This document shows positions 12,903 to 24,316 of a stretch of 64,000 bases of DNA, one piece after another. Positions within the stretch are counted from its first letter, which is position 1; every line of letters starts with the position of its first letter. The DNA is from Calcarisporiella thermophila CBS 279.70 (lineage: Eukaryota > Fungi > Calcarisporiellomycota). Both the position numbers and the translations under genes were made by a program. The notes below the pieces were generated by a model. That model saw nothing but the letters and a program-made list of their open reading frames with translations, ran no database searches and had not been told where the DNA came from. The stretch spans positions 551,741 through 615,740 of the forward strand of contig NW_027192199.1 in NCBI RefSeq assembly GCF_041956535.1, read 5' to 3'.

Positions 12903-14067
12903 ATGTCCGATTGGGGTATGTACTTTTATTAACTCTAATCTAAATCATCAAGATCATGTTTATTTATTAATTGAGGTATTAGAAAACGAAGATTTTGAAG
13001 AGCCTCAAAATGTCACAATCCCACCAAAGAAGAGATGGGATGATGAGGATGTTGACGATAATGATATAAAGGTAAGGAGTAAATTGCTAATTATATCTGA
13101 TTAAAGCATAACTCGTTGTACACCCATTTTTAAAGTAAAAAAAAAAATCAAATTAATATATCTTTGGTTTTAGGATTCTTGGGAGGAAGAGGAGGAGGAA
13201 TTGGATGATTGGGAACAGGAGGAGAAACCAGTAAAGAAGAAAGTCCCGTTAGCTCAAAAGATTGCGGAACGTAAGGCTGCTGAAGAAGCCAAAAGACTTG
13301 AAGAGGAAGAAATGCAGGTACATCAACTATACTTGGACTTCTCCATCCCATTCATGATTGATTGATACAATTGAATTTCCGGTGTGCTAATTTTTTGCTA
13401 CGTGTTCGTCTATTTTTTTATTTCTCTCAGAGAGCTGAGAAAGCGCGTATTGAGGAGGAGAACAAGATACCTGCTTCAGAGCGTCGTCGTGCGCTGGAAC
13501 TTCAGGCTGATCTTGAAAATACATCAGATCTATTCTCTGGCGTGAACATAAAGGGTAGATAGTTTTGTAGATGTGTCGTCATTTTGCAAGAGAAATAATC
13601 CTATTCTGCAACACAGACAAAGAGACTGCTTTGAAGCTTGACACTATGAATCCCACAACCAAGGAACAGTTTGAGGAGTTTTCCCGTTTGCTAGTAGAGC
13701 GCATTCAGCGGCACCAGGTAATTCATCTGACCTGTCCTGTTTATTTTGGTAAAGGAGTGCTTAGCATTGTTATTACCCTCAATAGAAGGAGAAGCCATAT
13801 GCACATTTTATTGAGAACCTGGTGCGGGAGTTATGTCGGCCCCTTCGTGATGTCGAATGCCGCAAGATTTCTAGTTCAATCAGCGCGCTTGCCAGCGAGA
13901 AGCAAAGGGAGGCTAAGGCTAATACTAAGACCTCGAAGAAGAAGTCCAATGCCAAACCGTCACTAGGTGGTGGTGGAGCTAAGACTACCCTTAAAGACTA
14001 CGATGCGATCGGCTACAGTGGATCTGCAGCAGCTGTTGACTATGACTATGACGATGACTTCATGTAA
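12903..14067 (+). CDS. HCR1: Translation initiation factor eIF3 subunit J; multi-exon (first coding exon 13 nt)
   Basis: MSDW..., acidic N-terminus with KRWDDED and DSWEEEE, ELQADLENTSDLF, KISSSISALASEKQRE, C-terminal YDDDFM. Confidence 0.9.
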
Positions 14068-14696
14068 TCGACTCTGAAAAGCATAAAACTACCTTTCCAT
14101 TCTTTTTCTTTTTCTTTTTTCTTCTTTACGCAACATGGAAAAGCATTGGTTTCGGACTCTAGTGCAAGTAATATATAAACCTGCCAAATCTTAACGCTAG
14201 TATTAATATGGCGGGATCCAGCATTGATCTCTCTCACTTTTGGATAATTCCGCAGTCACGCTCACAGACTGCACTGAGAAAATCACAGGCAATGGCTAGG
14301 AATCTAAGTGAACAAGCAAAAAGGGAGTTGATTAAACGAAGAATAGTCTCGAATGGGGTGATTGAACATATGCTAAGTACAATAAAGCCAAGGAGGGCTT
14401 TCCAAATGCCCGTAGCTGTGAAAGCTTACAAGCGTGTATCAAACCAAGGATTTAAGTACCTACGCAATATACTGGTTATTCCATCGCTTTGCCACTCGGA
14501 CCGTCAGCCCTGGAAAGGATCATGACATTAAAATTACCATTTTTGAACGGCGCAATGCTATGTGGAGAAAATGGAAAATGTGAAACGGGCATTCGCGTGA
14601 CCTCGAGGACAAAAGGCAGGTTTGAAAATACAGGTTTCAATCGTCCTTATACTCTGTCGCCCATTTTTTGGGACCTACTCATGAGAAAAAAGCAAA

Positions 14697-15350
14697 ATGG
14701 CCGAAGTGCTTGCCCCCAACACCAATGATTTTCATCCTCTGTACAATCAAGGAAGGCGTCGCAATCGAGAGTTGGACTCGCTTGTCGACGAGCACCCGAC
14801 CTCTCTCAACTATGGGACGAATGAAGCCCGCCCATTAGCTACACGAGACTTATTTAATTGGCATCAGAGGACTCTCGACTGGCGACGTTCTCATGAATTC
14901 AATCCTCTTGGCTATCCCCACCGCTCTCTACCCACCCATCTGCAGCCGATATCAGAAAATGAGAGGCCCCATTTGAGGCCACACTCGCTCTCTCCTGAGA
15001 GACTCGGCGTCACAGGCTATGTTCGCGACGTTGCTAGTCTAGTTCGTGAAATTCTGCGTGATGGTATGTGGCATCGCGTAGAAGGGGTTCACCTGCCGTC
15101 AGACGCAGAATTGGGGGATCTGGACATTTTTCTGGCGGAGAGAATGATGGAAGATATGAGCGAACATAAAGGGGAGAGTGGGGAAGGGCCACAGGGAGTT
15201 GAGGAAAAATCGAATGGGCCTAAGGTGGAAGGTGAGTTGCGTTCCCATCATTTCCTGGTGGAGGGTGCAACCAAACTCTTCCCACATGTGTATCAACCCT
15301 TATTCACTCGGCAGGAGCCCGACAATCAAACTAGTCAGCAAAAGAAATGA
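14697..15350 (+). CDS. Hypothetical protein (217 aa)
   Basis: Intronless ORF with an A-rich start context (aaaATGG) and coding-like composition, convergent with MAK11. No family recognised. Confidence 0.55.
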   Translation: MAEVLAPNTNDFHPLYNQGRRRNRELDSLVDEHPTSLNYGTNEARPLATRDLFNWHQRTLDWRRSHEFNPLGYPHRSLPTHLQPISENERPHLRPHSLSPERLGVTGYVRDVASLVREILRDGMWHRVEGVHLPSDAELGDLDIFLAERMMEDMSEHKGESGEGPQGVEEKSNGPKVEGELRSHHFLVEGATKLFPHVYQPLFTRQEPDNQTSQQKK

Positions 15351-15480
15351 TAAGTCTTCATTGTAAATATGTAATCGTGACAAGCAGTAAATCAAATGTG
15401 TTGTTCTCATTTTTCATTGAATGATTCCAATGTGTATTCGAGAAAATGTTAAAAAACGCTAGGAAAAATAAAAAAATTTA

Positions 15481-17093
15481 TTAAGAACTCTCCTCTTCCT
15501 CTTCCTCTTCACTTTCTTCCTCTTCTCCCTCCCCCTCCCCCTCTCCCTCCTCCTCCTCTTCCTCATCATCATCACTTCCTCCTCCTCCTTCTGTTCTTTC
15601 CTTTTCTTCTTCCCCATCTTCATCCTCATCATTGGCACCCTTACTCTCCCCGGCTTTTGCGCGATATCCAAGTGTAACAGAGATACAAGTTAGCCTAGAT
15701 TTGGTATTATATTCAGCCAATGCCACCATGTCCCCGCTCTCTTGTTCCATTACTTCATTATCCAAATCCCAAGCTCGAATAACACCATCTGAGGAACATG
15801 TTACAAGTACATTGTGGAGTTGAGAATGGCCACGAAGATTGGGAGTAGAGCAGACAACATCAAGGGCCTTTACTCTGGAAAATGCATTTTTAGTTTGAAT
15901 ATTGAGAAAAGAAACTATCTCTTTTATTTTTCCTTACCTGCCCTTGTGGCCGCTTAGCTCCCTTATGCATTCGCCTGATTCGGAACGCCATATTCTCACT
16001 TTACGATCCTCATGACCTGTCAATATTAAGTCACCCAAGGTCGGGTGAGCGTAGTATTTCATACAGAGAAATCGTGACCGGTGACGCAGGGTCTGGTTTG
16101 GAGTCGGGGAAGATGTCTCATAGATGTCCACGGTTCGATCTGAAAGAATAGCATAATGGGTGCCGGCTTGATTCCACTTGACGACCTCTCCCTCTGAATA
16201 AAGTGGTGATTTGATTCAGCGTAATGCCCAATGCACGATTTTAGCACAAAATTTACCTGTCTTAAGTTTTAAAGAATTCGCCTTTCGTCCTGTCATTAGA
16301 TTCCATAATATTACAGTGCGATCGCTTGAAACAGATAATGCAATCTTGCCAGAGGGATGGATGGCCAGCGAGTTGATTCTTCCTCTGTGATTTAAAATGA
16401 ATCAAGCAAAACTTCAATGGAGCCAGCTTCAACACAAAATCTACTTACTTGTGCCCTTTTAATTTCTTCAGGCATTCCCAGTCTTTCGATCTCCAGATGC
16501 AGATGAGCCCATCTTCCGAGCCACTTATTAAATGGGTCTTTGAGTGGAATTCGAGCGTGGTGATCGAGCCCTGGTGCTCCATCAGTGTCCCCAGCTCTTT
16601 GCGCAGGCGTAGGTTGTATAGGCTAACAAAGCGAGAGGGTTATTTTCCGTTTCTGCTTCAATAGAGGTGTCGTAGATAAAAACAACTCACCGAATTTGCT
16701 CGTCACTACTTCCCGAAGCCAAATACTGGCCCCCTATGGCAAGGCTCTTGAGACAGCCCGTGTGAGCAGGGAAGATAAAGATGGGCTCGAGCTTTAAAGT
16801 TAAAGCCTACAAGTGCAGAAGCAATAGTACATATTGGTGAGTAGGTGAGATGGTTCAAAATAAATGAGTAGCAATGGAAATACATCGTCTTCGTTGGTCT
16901 GCCAATATCCGTCCACCCCATAAAGAATCCGCTCATAGCACCCTGCCACGATTCTAAAATCCTCGGCTGTCACTCGTTCAAGGAGGGTTTTCGCCGGCGG
17001 AAGAAGGGGAGTAGCCGAGGATTGCTGGTTGAAAGCCACTCGCTTTTTTGTGCCTTCTTCTTCCGAGTTTTTAGTGCGTGCTCGTTTGGGCAT
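15481..17093 (-). CDS. MAK11: WD40 60S ribosome biogenesis factor Mak11/PAK1IP1; multi-exon
   Basis: FRIVAGCYERILYG, spliced LASGSSDEQIRLYNLRLRKELGTLMEHQGSI, SLAIHPSGKIALSVSSDRT, and an acidic tail. Confidence 0.9.
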
Positions 17094-17247
17094 GATCTAC
17101 AATGATTCCCAGTAGTGTGGAAAAAGAGGTGGTTTCAAGGTAGCTTTCAATTTGACAACAATCGGAATCCGAATATGCTGCGCCACATGTCCTATAATAC
17201 GATGCCTCTCGCGTTTTTTCAAGCGCGTTTATTTTTCTACTGCAGAC
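17094..17247. promoter_or_regulatory. Short bidirectional promoter (MAK11/ORC6) with two CGCG MCB/SCB/E2F-like cores
   Basis: 154-bp head-to-head gap. TCGCGTTTT at 17209-17217 and GCGCGTTT at 17223-17230 lie just upstream of the ORC6 ATG. Confidence 0.5.
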
Positions 17248-18461
17248 ATGTCTTTCGATCCATTTGCAGATCTCCTTGATCGGCTCCATCTCTCCGATAA
17301 TCCACGCGTCGCATCCAAAGCTAGCGAAAATTACAATCGCATCAGAAATAGTGTTCTTGCGGGGGGCGCCGGGGGACGCGTGAGAGAGGTGGTATGCGTA
17401 CAGTTAGCATGTGAAGCGTAAGTTTGTGATGCTTAATGTGAGAGCGCGTCCGAAGCATCCCTGGTATTAACCCATCTAACCATTAGCCTGAACGAGGATT
17501 TCAATTATTCCCTCGCCCAGAAGCTCTCGGTTGTTCCGCAGAACATGTACACGTCCGTTGAAGCGCAGATTCGCCGGATCCTAAAGCAGGAGCGGGACAT
17601 CAATTTTTCAGCACTGACAGTGCAGTTTGGATGCACACAGCTTTTAGACCCATGCGAGCGAATTGCCCGGGAATTCCGCGAGAAGTTCATGGAGACGCTA
17701 GATGCAAGGCAGCAGGAGCTAATGCGAGGGGAGTGGGAGAAGCCTGTGTACTGCGGGGTGGTGTTTTGGGCGTGCTGTCGCGCGTATGAGGTAAGTGCGC
17801 TCTTGCGCCCCTCCGGTGGGGAGGTTTTCTAGTATTTTGAGGGGGAATTTTGTATATGATTTTGGGTTTGCTTGAAAAGATCCGAGTGGAAAAATCGAGA
17901 CTACAGCACCTCTGCTGCTGCACCGCTGCGGAATTTAATAGCAAGCTCAAAGTGGTGGAAGAGTTTTGCGGGGATCGACTGAGGGAGCTCAAGAGGTCCA
18001 ATGTGGACAAGCCACCACGAAAGCGAAAGAAGATAGAGGGTGCCGAGACAGCTAGGAAGAGGCGAGGAGCTGAGGCCGACGGAGAAACGCAGTCAATCGC
18101 CATGCGGCCGGAAAGATCGAATTCCCAGGAGGGTGAGAGACAGCGAGACGGGGGGGGAAATGGTGGTGGAACACACTCGGGAACAGCACGATGCGGGAAT
18201 CAGGAAGGGGAGACTGTGGCGCAGCCAATCCCGAGTCGGGGGAGGCAGAGATCTGTGGGGCGGGCGAGAGCGCGGGGCCGAGATTCGGGCGGGGAGGAGG
18301 GGGTCAGAGCAGAGGTGTCGGCCGTGGAAACACGCCGAGGGCCGGTCGATGGGATCGTGGCGATGATTCCCACACAGCGCTGGCGGGAGACGCGGCGATA
18401 TGCAGAGTTTTTGGCCTGGAAGCGGAGTGTGCTACAGCGGGTGTCGAACGGAAGAGAGTGA
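17248..18461 (+). CDS. ORC6: Origin recognition complex subunit 6; two introns
   Basis: VVCVQLACE, LTVQFGC (metazoan-like LAVQFGC), PVYCGVVFWACC, and the C-terminal Orc6 motif YAEFLAWKRSVL. Confidence 0.8.
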
Positions 18462-19539
18462 AACCTGAGCGTTGACCAATAGCTAATCTGGGCCGCCAAT
18501 TTCTGGGCGAGATTGACATACGGCCTGACAAACGGGGGGGGGAGAAATCACGGCCGCCGGCCGTGATTGGTGTGGCAGCCAGAGACGGAACGCTTCCGGC
18601 TTCGCTCTGTACATGCATATGGAGCGAGAATTCTATTTGTTCCGGCAACAAGGTTGTAGCTTAAATGCGAAACGGCCCAAAACGGGGGGGGCAGCAACCC
18701 ACGGTGATGTAAGCGGGGGAGGCCAGCAGGCCTGGCAGGATCGCCCGCATGCCTTGATATGTAGCAGAGACACGCACATCCTTCGTCAAGGTCGGCACGC
18801 GCCTCCTAAAAATAGGCGGCCGGCCGCTGTGATTTGCCCGGCTAATTATAGCCCAGCACTGCTGCTGCCCATAACAGGCCGGGCACACGATCATCCACTT
18901 TCATAAATTGTCCTGTGGCGAAACCAAAAAAAATCACCCGCCACTCACCAAAAAGGGGAAAGCGTGGGGGGCGACTCTGACCAGGGGGGGAGAGCTTGTT
19001 TGTTTTTTTGGGCCGTCTGAGACAGCATGAGCCCAAGAGGCCTTGGAGGCCGCTCGGAGACCGGCCATGCAGCGCGTGCGCAAAGTGACTCCTCCAGAAA
19101 AACAGAACTAAAGAAGTATGCGACAAGACTCGGGCTTTCTGGAAATCTTTTCTTCGCCGCGCCCCTGGAGCCCAACCTTTGCTTGCTGCATCTCTCCAGC
19201 CTGGGTGATCGAGACACATGCATACCTCTTTCCTCCAGCCTGTGTCGGAAATCAACCGACTCGGGTGGCCATATATGGAAACGAGTGAGTATCGGTTTTT
19301 TTATTCCAAATTAATTCCTTTGCCGATGCTTGCAATAAAAAGATTAAGAGATTTTGTTTGTTTCTTGCTGCTTTTTTTTTCTTTTTCTGTTCCTTCGCTA
19401 TTTAAGGATTGGCTGTTCGAGGGGGAAGTTAAAAAAAAGTATAAAAAATATTTAACCCGCCAGCCCGGACTCTTCTTGCTAAGCTACGCGCTCCCATACG
19501 CCTCCCCCACCGCCATCACCGCCCCCCCATCTCCTCGCA

Positions 19540-20488
19540 ATGGACGAGAAGACTTTCGACTTTCATCTTCCCGTGGGCCTTCTCACCCCCAAGGAAACCG
19601 ACATCTTCTCCGCCTCCCTCTTCCAGAGCTCACCGCTCTCCGCCGCCAATGACCTCATTCCCCAGCTGCTTACCCCCCAGCTCCTCGGCCACTACCCGAG
19701 CCCGCCCATGCTGAATGAGCAATGCGGCTTTCTCGACCAGCTCAGCAACCCAACCCTGTCCCCGCTGGACCCATGGGACGACCCGGACTTGAACGCCTTC
19801 GTCAACTCGCTGCTGCCCAACGACGGCTGTCAGTCGCTTGACAGGCACATTGACATGGAGGAGATCGACCGCTTCCTCGCGCAATACGACCAGGGCCAGC
19901 AGCAACAGCAGCAGCAGCAGCAGCAGCCGCCACTACCCCACGGATATCCCCTTGAGCAGGCCTCCTCCACCGAGTCCGCGCCCGAAGAGAAGCCGGCCAC
20001 TCCGGTCCTGACCATGGTCGAGACCAAAACGCGCTCTCGGCGACCGTTACCCTATGCTGACCGCGTGCGCAGCCTCTCGTTAAATATCCCGCGGCCGCGT
20101 GCGCAGCGGCACCGGAACGCGTGCTACTCATGTAGCGTGGAGGGGTGCGACAAGACGTTCACCCGCCCCTACAACCTCAAGTCCCACCTTCGAACCCACA
20201 CCGCAGAGAAGCCCTTCGAGTGCAATCACCCCGGGTGCGGGAAGAAGTTTGCCCGCCTCCACGACCGCAACAGACACTTCAAACTACAGTAAGTGGCCCC
20301 CTCTTTTTGCAAACGCCCCAATGGCGCAGATACTGACCTTGGGTTTGTTTCTTGCTCCTCTTACTAGCCTTGGCGTGAAGCCCTTCGTCTGTCTACATTG
20401 CCAGAAGGCTTTTGCAAGAATGGATGCACTGAATCGGCATCTTCGTCTGGAAAATAGCGCATGTCTAAGGACACGGAGGTCGATTTGA
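19540..20488 (+). CDS. Three-finger C2H2 transcription factor, Crz1-like; intron 20289-20367
   Basis: [63 protein letters not shown]; poly-Q activation-like region. Confidence 0.88.
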
Positions 20489-21537
20489 TGCCGTTAATTA
20501 TTCTATTTCACACATATCTTTATTCTTCCCTATGTACATACAATAATAATCCTAGATATGGATCTGTGTATATAATATATACTTTTTATTATTCTCATTC
20601 AAGCATAATGTATATTGCTTTTTTTATTTGACTCGTTTGTCTGCGCTTTGCTCTTAAGAGCTTGTTTCTTCTTCAAGAGATATCAAGATAGCTTGCAAGC
20701 CATTGGCTCACCGATTCGCAAAGAGGAACTGATACGATGTGGAAAATTAACCTTAAACTCAGTTGGGGCGGGGCGAGGGGAGGTTGGGGGCAAAGTGGCT
20801 TGATTACACAAGACCAGAACGGAATGGATTATGAAATCTTGTAGCACCCACCGCCAATATGCGGTGACGGAGATAGGAGTGGACCTTCTGGACTGTTTGG
20901 CTGGCGGACAAAGCAATGAGGCCCTGGGCCGATATTAAAGCTCTTCTCAGCGGGCCAATATGGGTGCAACATTCTATGGGCGCCCACTTCGTGTATCGAC
21001 CGGATACAAACCTGTAGAACTAGGTAGCCAAGCGCTATGGCAAACTGCCGTCCTGCCACCGGAAGATTACCGGCTCGACCTGCTCCTAAATCCTCGAGGA
21101 GAGGATAATGCTACACCGCGCTTTTGCGGCCACAGCAGAATGTCTCATTTATCAAGGCAACACAGAGCATGCAAGCTTGGCTGCAGTTTCAGGCTAATGG
21201 GATTACCTAGCAAGGTCGACCGAATACTATGCCGACTTGCCGCTGGGTCTCGCCCAGATTTTCAGATCCTCAATAGTACCCTCATTCCCCACGATCCTCT
21301 TGCCTTTTGGGGACTGTTTCTCGGAAGAGCAGGAAGCAATATAGGGGGTGGACGAGCATGTAATCGATTATTATGACTGTTATTATCAACAAACTAAAAG
21401 TACAGTATAAATATGTTCAACTCTATCTAAAGTATCCGAGATAAAGATTAGAGGGGGAGGAAACGCATTGAAGCCTTTGGCGAAGTAGCGAGCAGCCCCC
21501 TTTCGAAACCCCGAAACGCATCGTCATCCCACACGGC

Positions 21538-22236
21538 TCATTGAAATTTCCCCTCCTCCAACTCTCTGCACCTTTCCTCCAGCTCATGGTTCCTGTCTTT
21601 GGTCTTACCAAGCTCCCTTTTTAGCTTCTTGACCTCCTTCTCTAGCTCACCAATCGTGTCCTTCATCCCCATCGCAACACTCTCCATCACCCTCACGATT
21701 CTCCAGATTCGAAGAACAATGAGCAATCCTGCGGCCTCCTCGGCCCGGCCATGCAGCCGAGCCGTCAACACCAGACTTGTGATGATGACCACGGCATCCC
21801 AGAGATGAAGGAGGTGGTGTGTGAAATGCTTGATTCCAAAGGCAAAGAGGCGTAGCAAAAGCTCGAGTGCGAACGAAGAGAGGATACTGAGGGAGATAAT
21901 GCTGAGGATATTTTCGACTTTAACGATGGTGGGATTGTGAACGGGGTGGGCCTTGCGGCCCGGGGCCGCGGGGCGGCAGACCGGTTCGGCAAAGAGAGAT
22001 AAGAGGATTTCTGTCAGAACGATCAAGAGATCCAATATGATGAGGCCCAAAATGAGCAACTGGACTTTGCGTGAGTTGAGGAATCGACCAAGGCTTGCCC
22101 GCGCCCGAGCTATATGGAAGCGGAGGCCAGTGGAGGGGGGAGGAACAGACACTATGGAGGACTCTGTTTCTGTGTCGGCAGATGCCTGGTGGTGAAGGTC
22201 GGTAATCTCATGGGTGACTTCGGGATCATGGCCCAT
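21538..22236 (-). CDS. HVCN1: Voltage-gated proton channel Hv1
   Basis: Four TM helices. S1 selectivity Asp (LIILDLLIV), S2 F..E (SFALELLL), S3 DA, S4 RxWRxxR (LRIWRIVRV), C-terminal coiled coil, no pore domain. Intronless. Confidence 0.9.
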   Translation of the reverse strand: MGHDPEVTHEITDLHHQASADTETESSIVSVPPPSTGLRFHIARARASLGRFLNSRKVQLLILGLIILDLLIVLTEILLSLFAEPVCRPAAPGRKAHPVHNPTIVKVENILSIISLSILSSFALELLLRLFAFGIKHFTHHLLHLWDAVVIITSLVLTARLHGRAEEAAGLLIVLRIWRIVRVMESVAMGMKDTIGELEKEVKKLKRELGKTKDRNHELEERCRELEEGKFQ

Positions 22237-24316
22237 ATTTGAACGATTGGACTGTGCTTTGCCAGAGCGTTTTCACTATTGCTACTGCTATATCCAATGT
22301 ATACCAATGATATTGGGGGTTCGCGCTAGTAGTTAATCAGATGCGCTCTTAACATGCCAGTCGATCGATGTACAAGTATCAAGAGAGCTGATGCGATTGT
22401 GTTTGGAAGAGTTTTGCGAGTTGTGCGAGCCAGTTTTATAGCGGACGCCCGAAAATGGAATTTATTAGATCCTGGAATTGACCTCGACTTGAACACCTCC
22501 TGCCATATTTGTCTATCTTTCGCCCCACCGGCACATTACTTCGGATGCGCATTTTGTTTCCACCTCATGAATAGGCCAAGGATGTAAGAAACCAGCAGCG
22601 AAGGCATCCGATCTCTCAGATCAGATTCTTTCGCTGCTTTCTCGGATAGAGACTTGGGAAAGAGCTACATTGTTTCCCATCGTCTTTCTCTCATACCATT
22701 AGCACAGATCCCAGAGCAAAATAGGGAGCAAGATAACCGGCCACCTGTTTATGACCCATAGCACAGAGGAGAAGATCCCTCTGTGTGGTCTAATAGAACA
22801 ACAAGCCTCCAGAAAAATGCAGCTTACTCTAAAGAGAGTTTTAAGAACAGCATCGAAACCAAGGGTCAAAAGATAATTTTTAGGTTTCTCAACACGATCA
22901 CAAGAGCGAGATTGACTACCCAAATGAAATCTGAGCTTAAACTTCTGAAACTCTCCTGTACTGGGGGACTTATTTTAGAGGAGTACACTACAAAGTGTTG
23001 CAATCCCCCAGCCATTCATAGTGAGGTACTCGAATGTATTGACTCTACACCAACCGTCGAACTTGGATCAGTCCGAGGAAATCGCAATTTCAAGTAGGAG
23101 AGGCTTTGCAGACTCCTTGAAAGAGAACCAATTTAATATACCAAGAGCTTTTTTTTCCGATTTCTCCACACGGGCTATAGAAAGACTGATCAAACTTGTT
23201 TGCGATTTTCTAGATGGGCGGCGCTATTGGTGCTACCAAGCCGCATTTTTTTTCAAACAAATTCAAATCTGGCCCAGTGCCGTTCATACGATTAGATTCC
23301 ATAGGCCTCCTCTGTTTCGTCAATTTGCATGGGCTTGCACACCGCAGCTTGCACGTAATCGTTCTCCCTGAGAATGGGTTGGTTAAGGGGGCGCATAAAT
23401 TAAAGGCAACGAAGTTGCTATCTTGAAGCTTGTCGGTAATGTAATGTAATTCCAGGCGGTGAGAGGACTCCGCGACTGCATCACAAGAAAGGCAGCTTGG
23501 CCGTGCTCTATTTTCCTCCGTTGCTGCTCATCCCCTTATTCCTACACGCACAAGATCAAGTCATTTTTTTTTGTCATGTCCGGCCCCTTGCATAGGTCCG
23601 TTGTACTTTTTTTTGGGTATACGGTATGGGAACATTAGTCATATGCCCGCTGTCACACAGCGAGGCTGGGGCGTGATTTGTTTGGAGCATAAATAAATGA
23701 TTGCTTATATTGCTTGAATCAAGGAGGTTGATTAGGGATGCATTGCCCCTCTAGGCTCTTGTTTGAGATTCCTTTATCTGGACATAGAACACACGTACAT
23801 ATATGTATGTATGTCTACATATATCTGTCTATCTATCGTCAGAGCTCCACTCCAAATTCCGTATTCGAGATAAGTTGAAGCTCAACCTCTCCCCACATCC
23901 CCGCCGCACTCACGCAATTAAAGAAGCTGGTAATGAAATCGAGGCCGTTGAGTGCGACCGTTTATTCAACCTTCTTTGCCTTCTCTTCACAGAATGATCA
24001 GGTAATTTTCCCACACGTGCCCTTTCGTGTCACCTCTCTGCTCTAAGTGTATAGAGAATTCGGTGAACACAAAAGGAAGAGCAAATGTGCACAAATAAAT
24101 CGAATATGGTTAACGTGCCTCCTTATCTATTTTCTCTAGGCTCCACTACTTGAGCTAAAATTATAATTACTGCTTCGATTCCATTTAGTTTATTTTTTGA
24201 TCCCTTCCCCCTCCCCTCCCTTCCTCTGTTTTCTCACCCCAACCCCCCCTTTCCTTCTGCTCGCCACCCCCTTTACCATTCCTTTTCCTTATTCCATTCC
24301 TCCATAGTTTACATAG

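Noticed and set aside
14480-14515. tRNA D-loop-like GGTCCGAGTGG on the minus strand
   Set aside because: No T-loop or cloverleaf follows.
20960-21376. 138-aa ORF beginning GATFYGRPLRVS (RRM-like end)
   Set aside because: In-frame stop just upstream, no RNP motifs, and the remainder is not protein-like.
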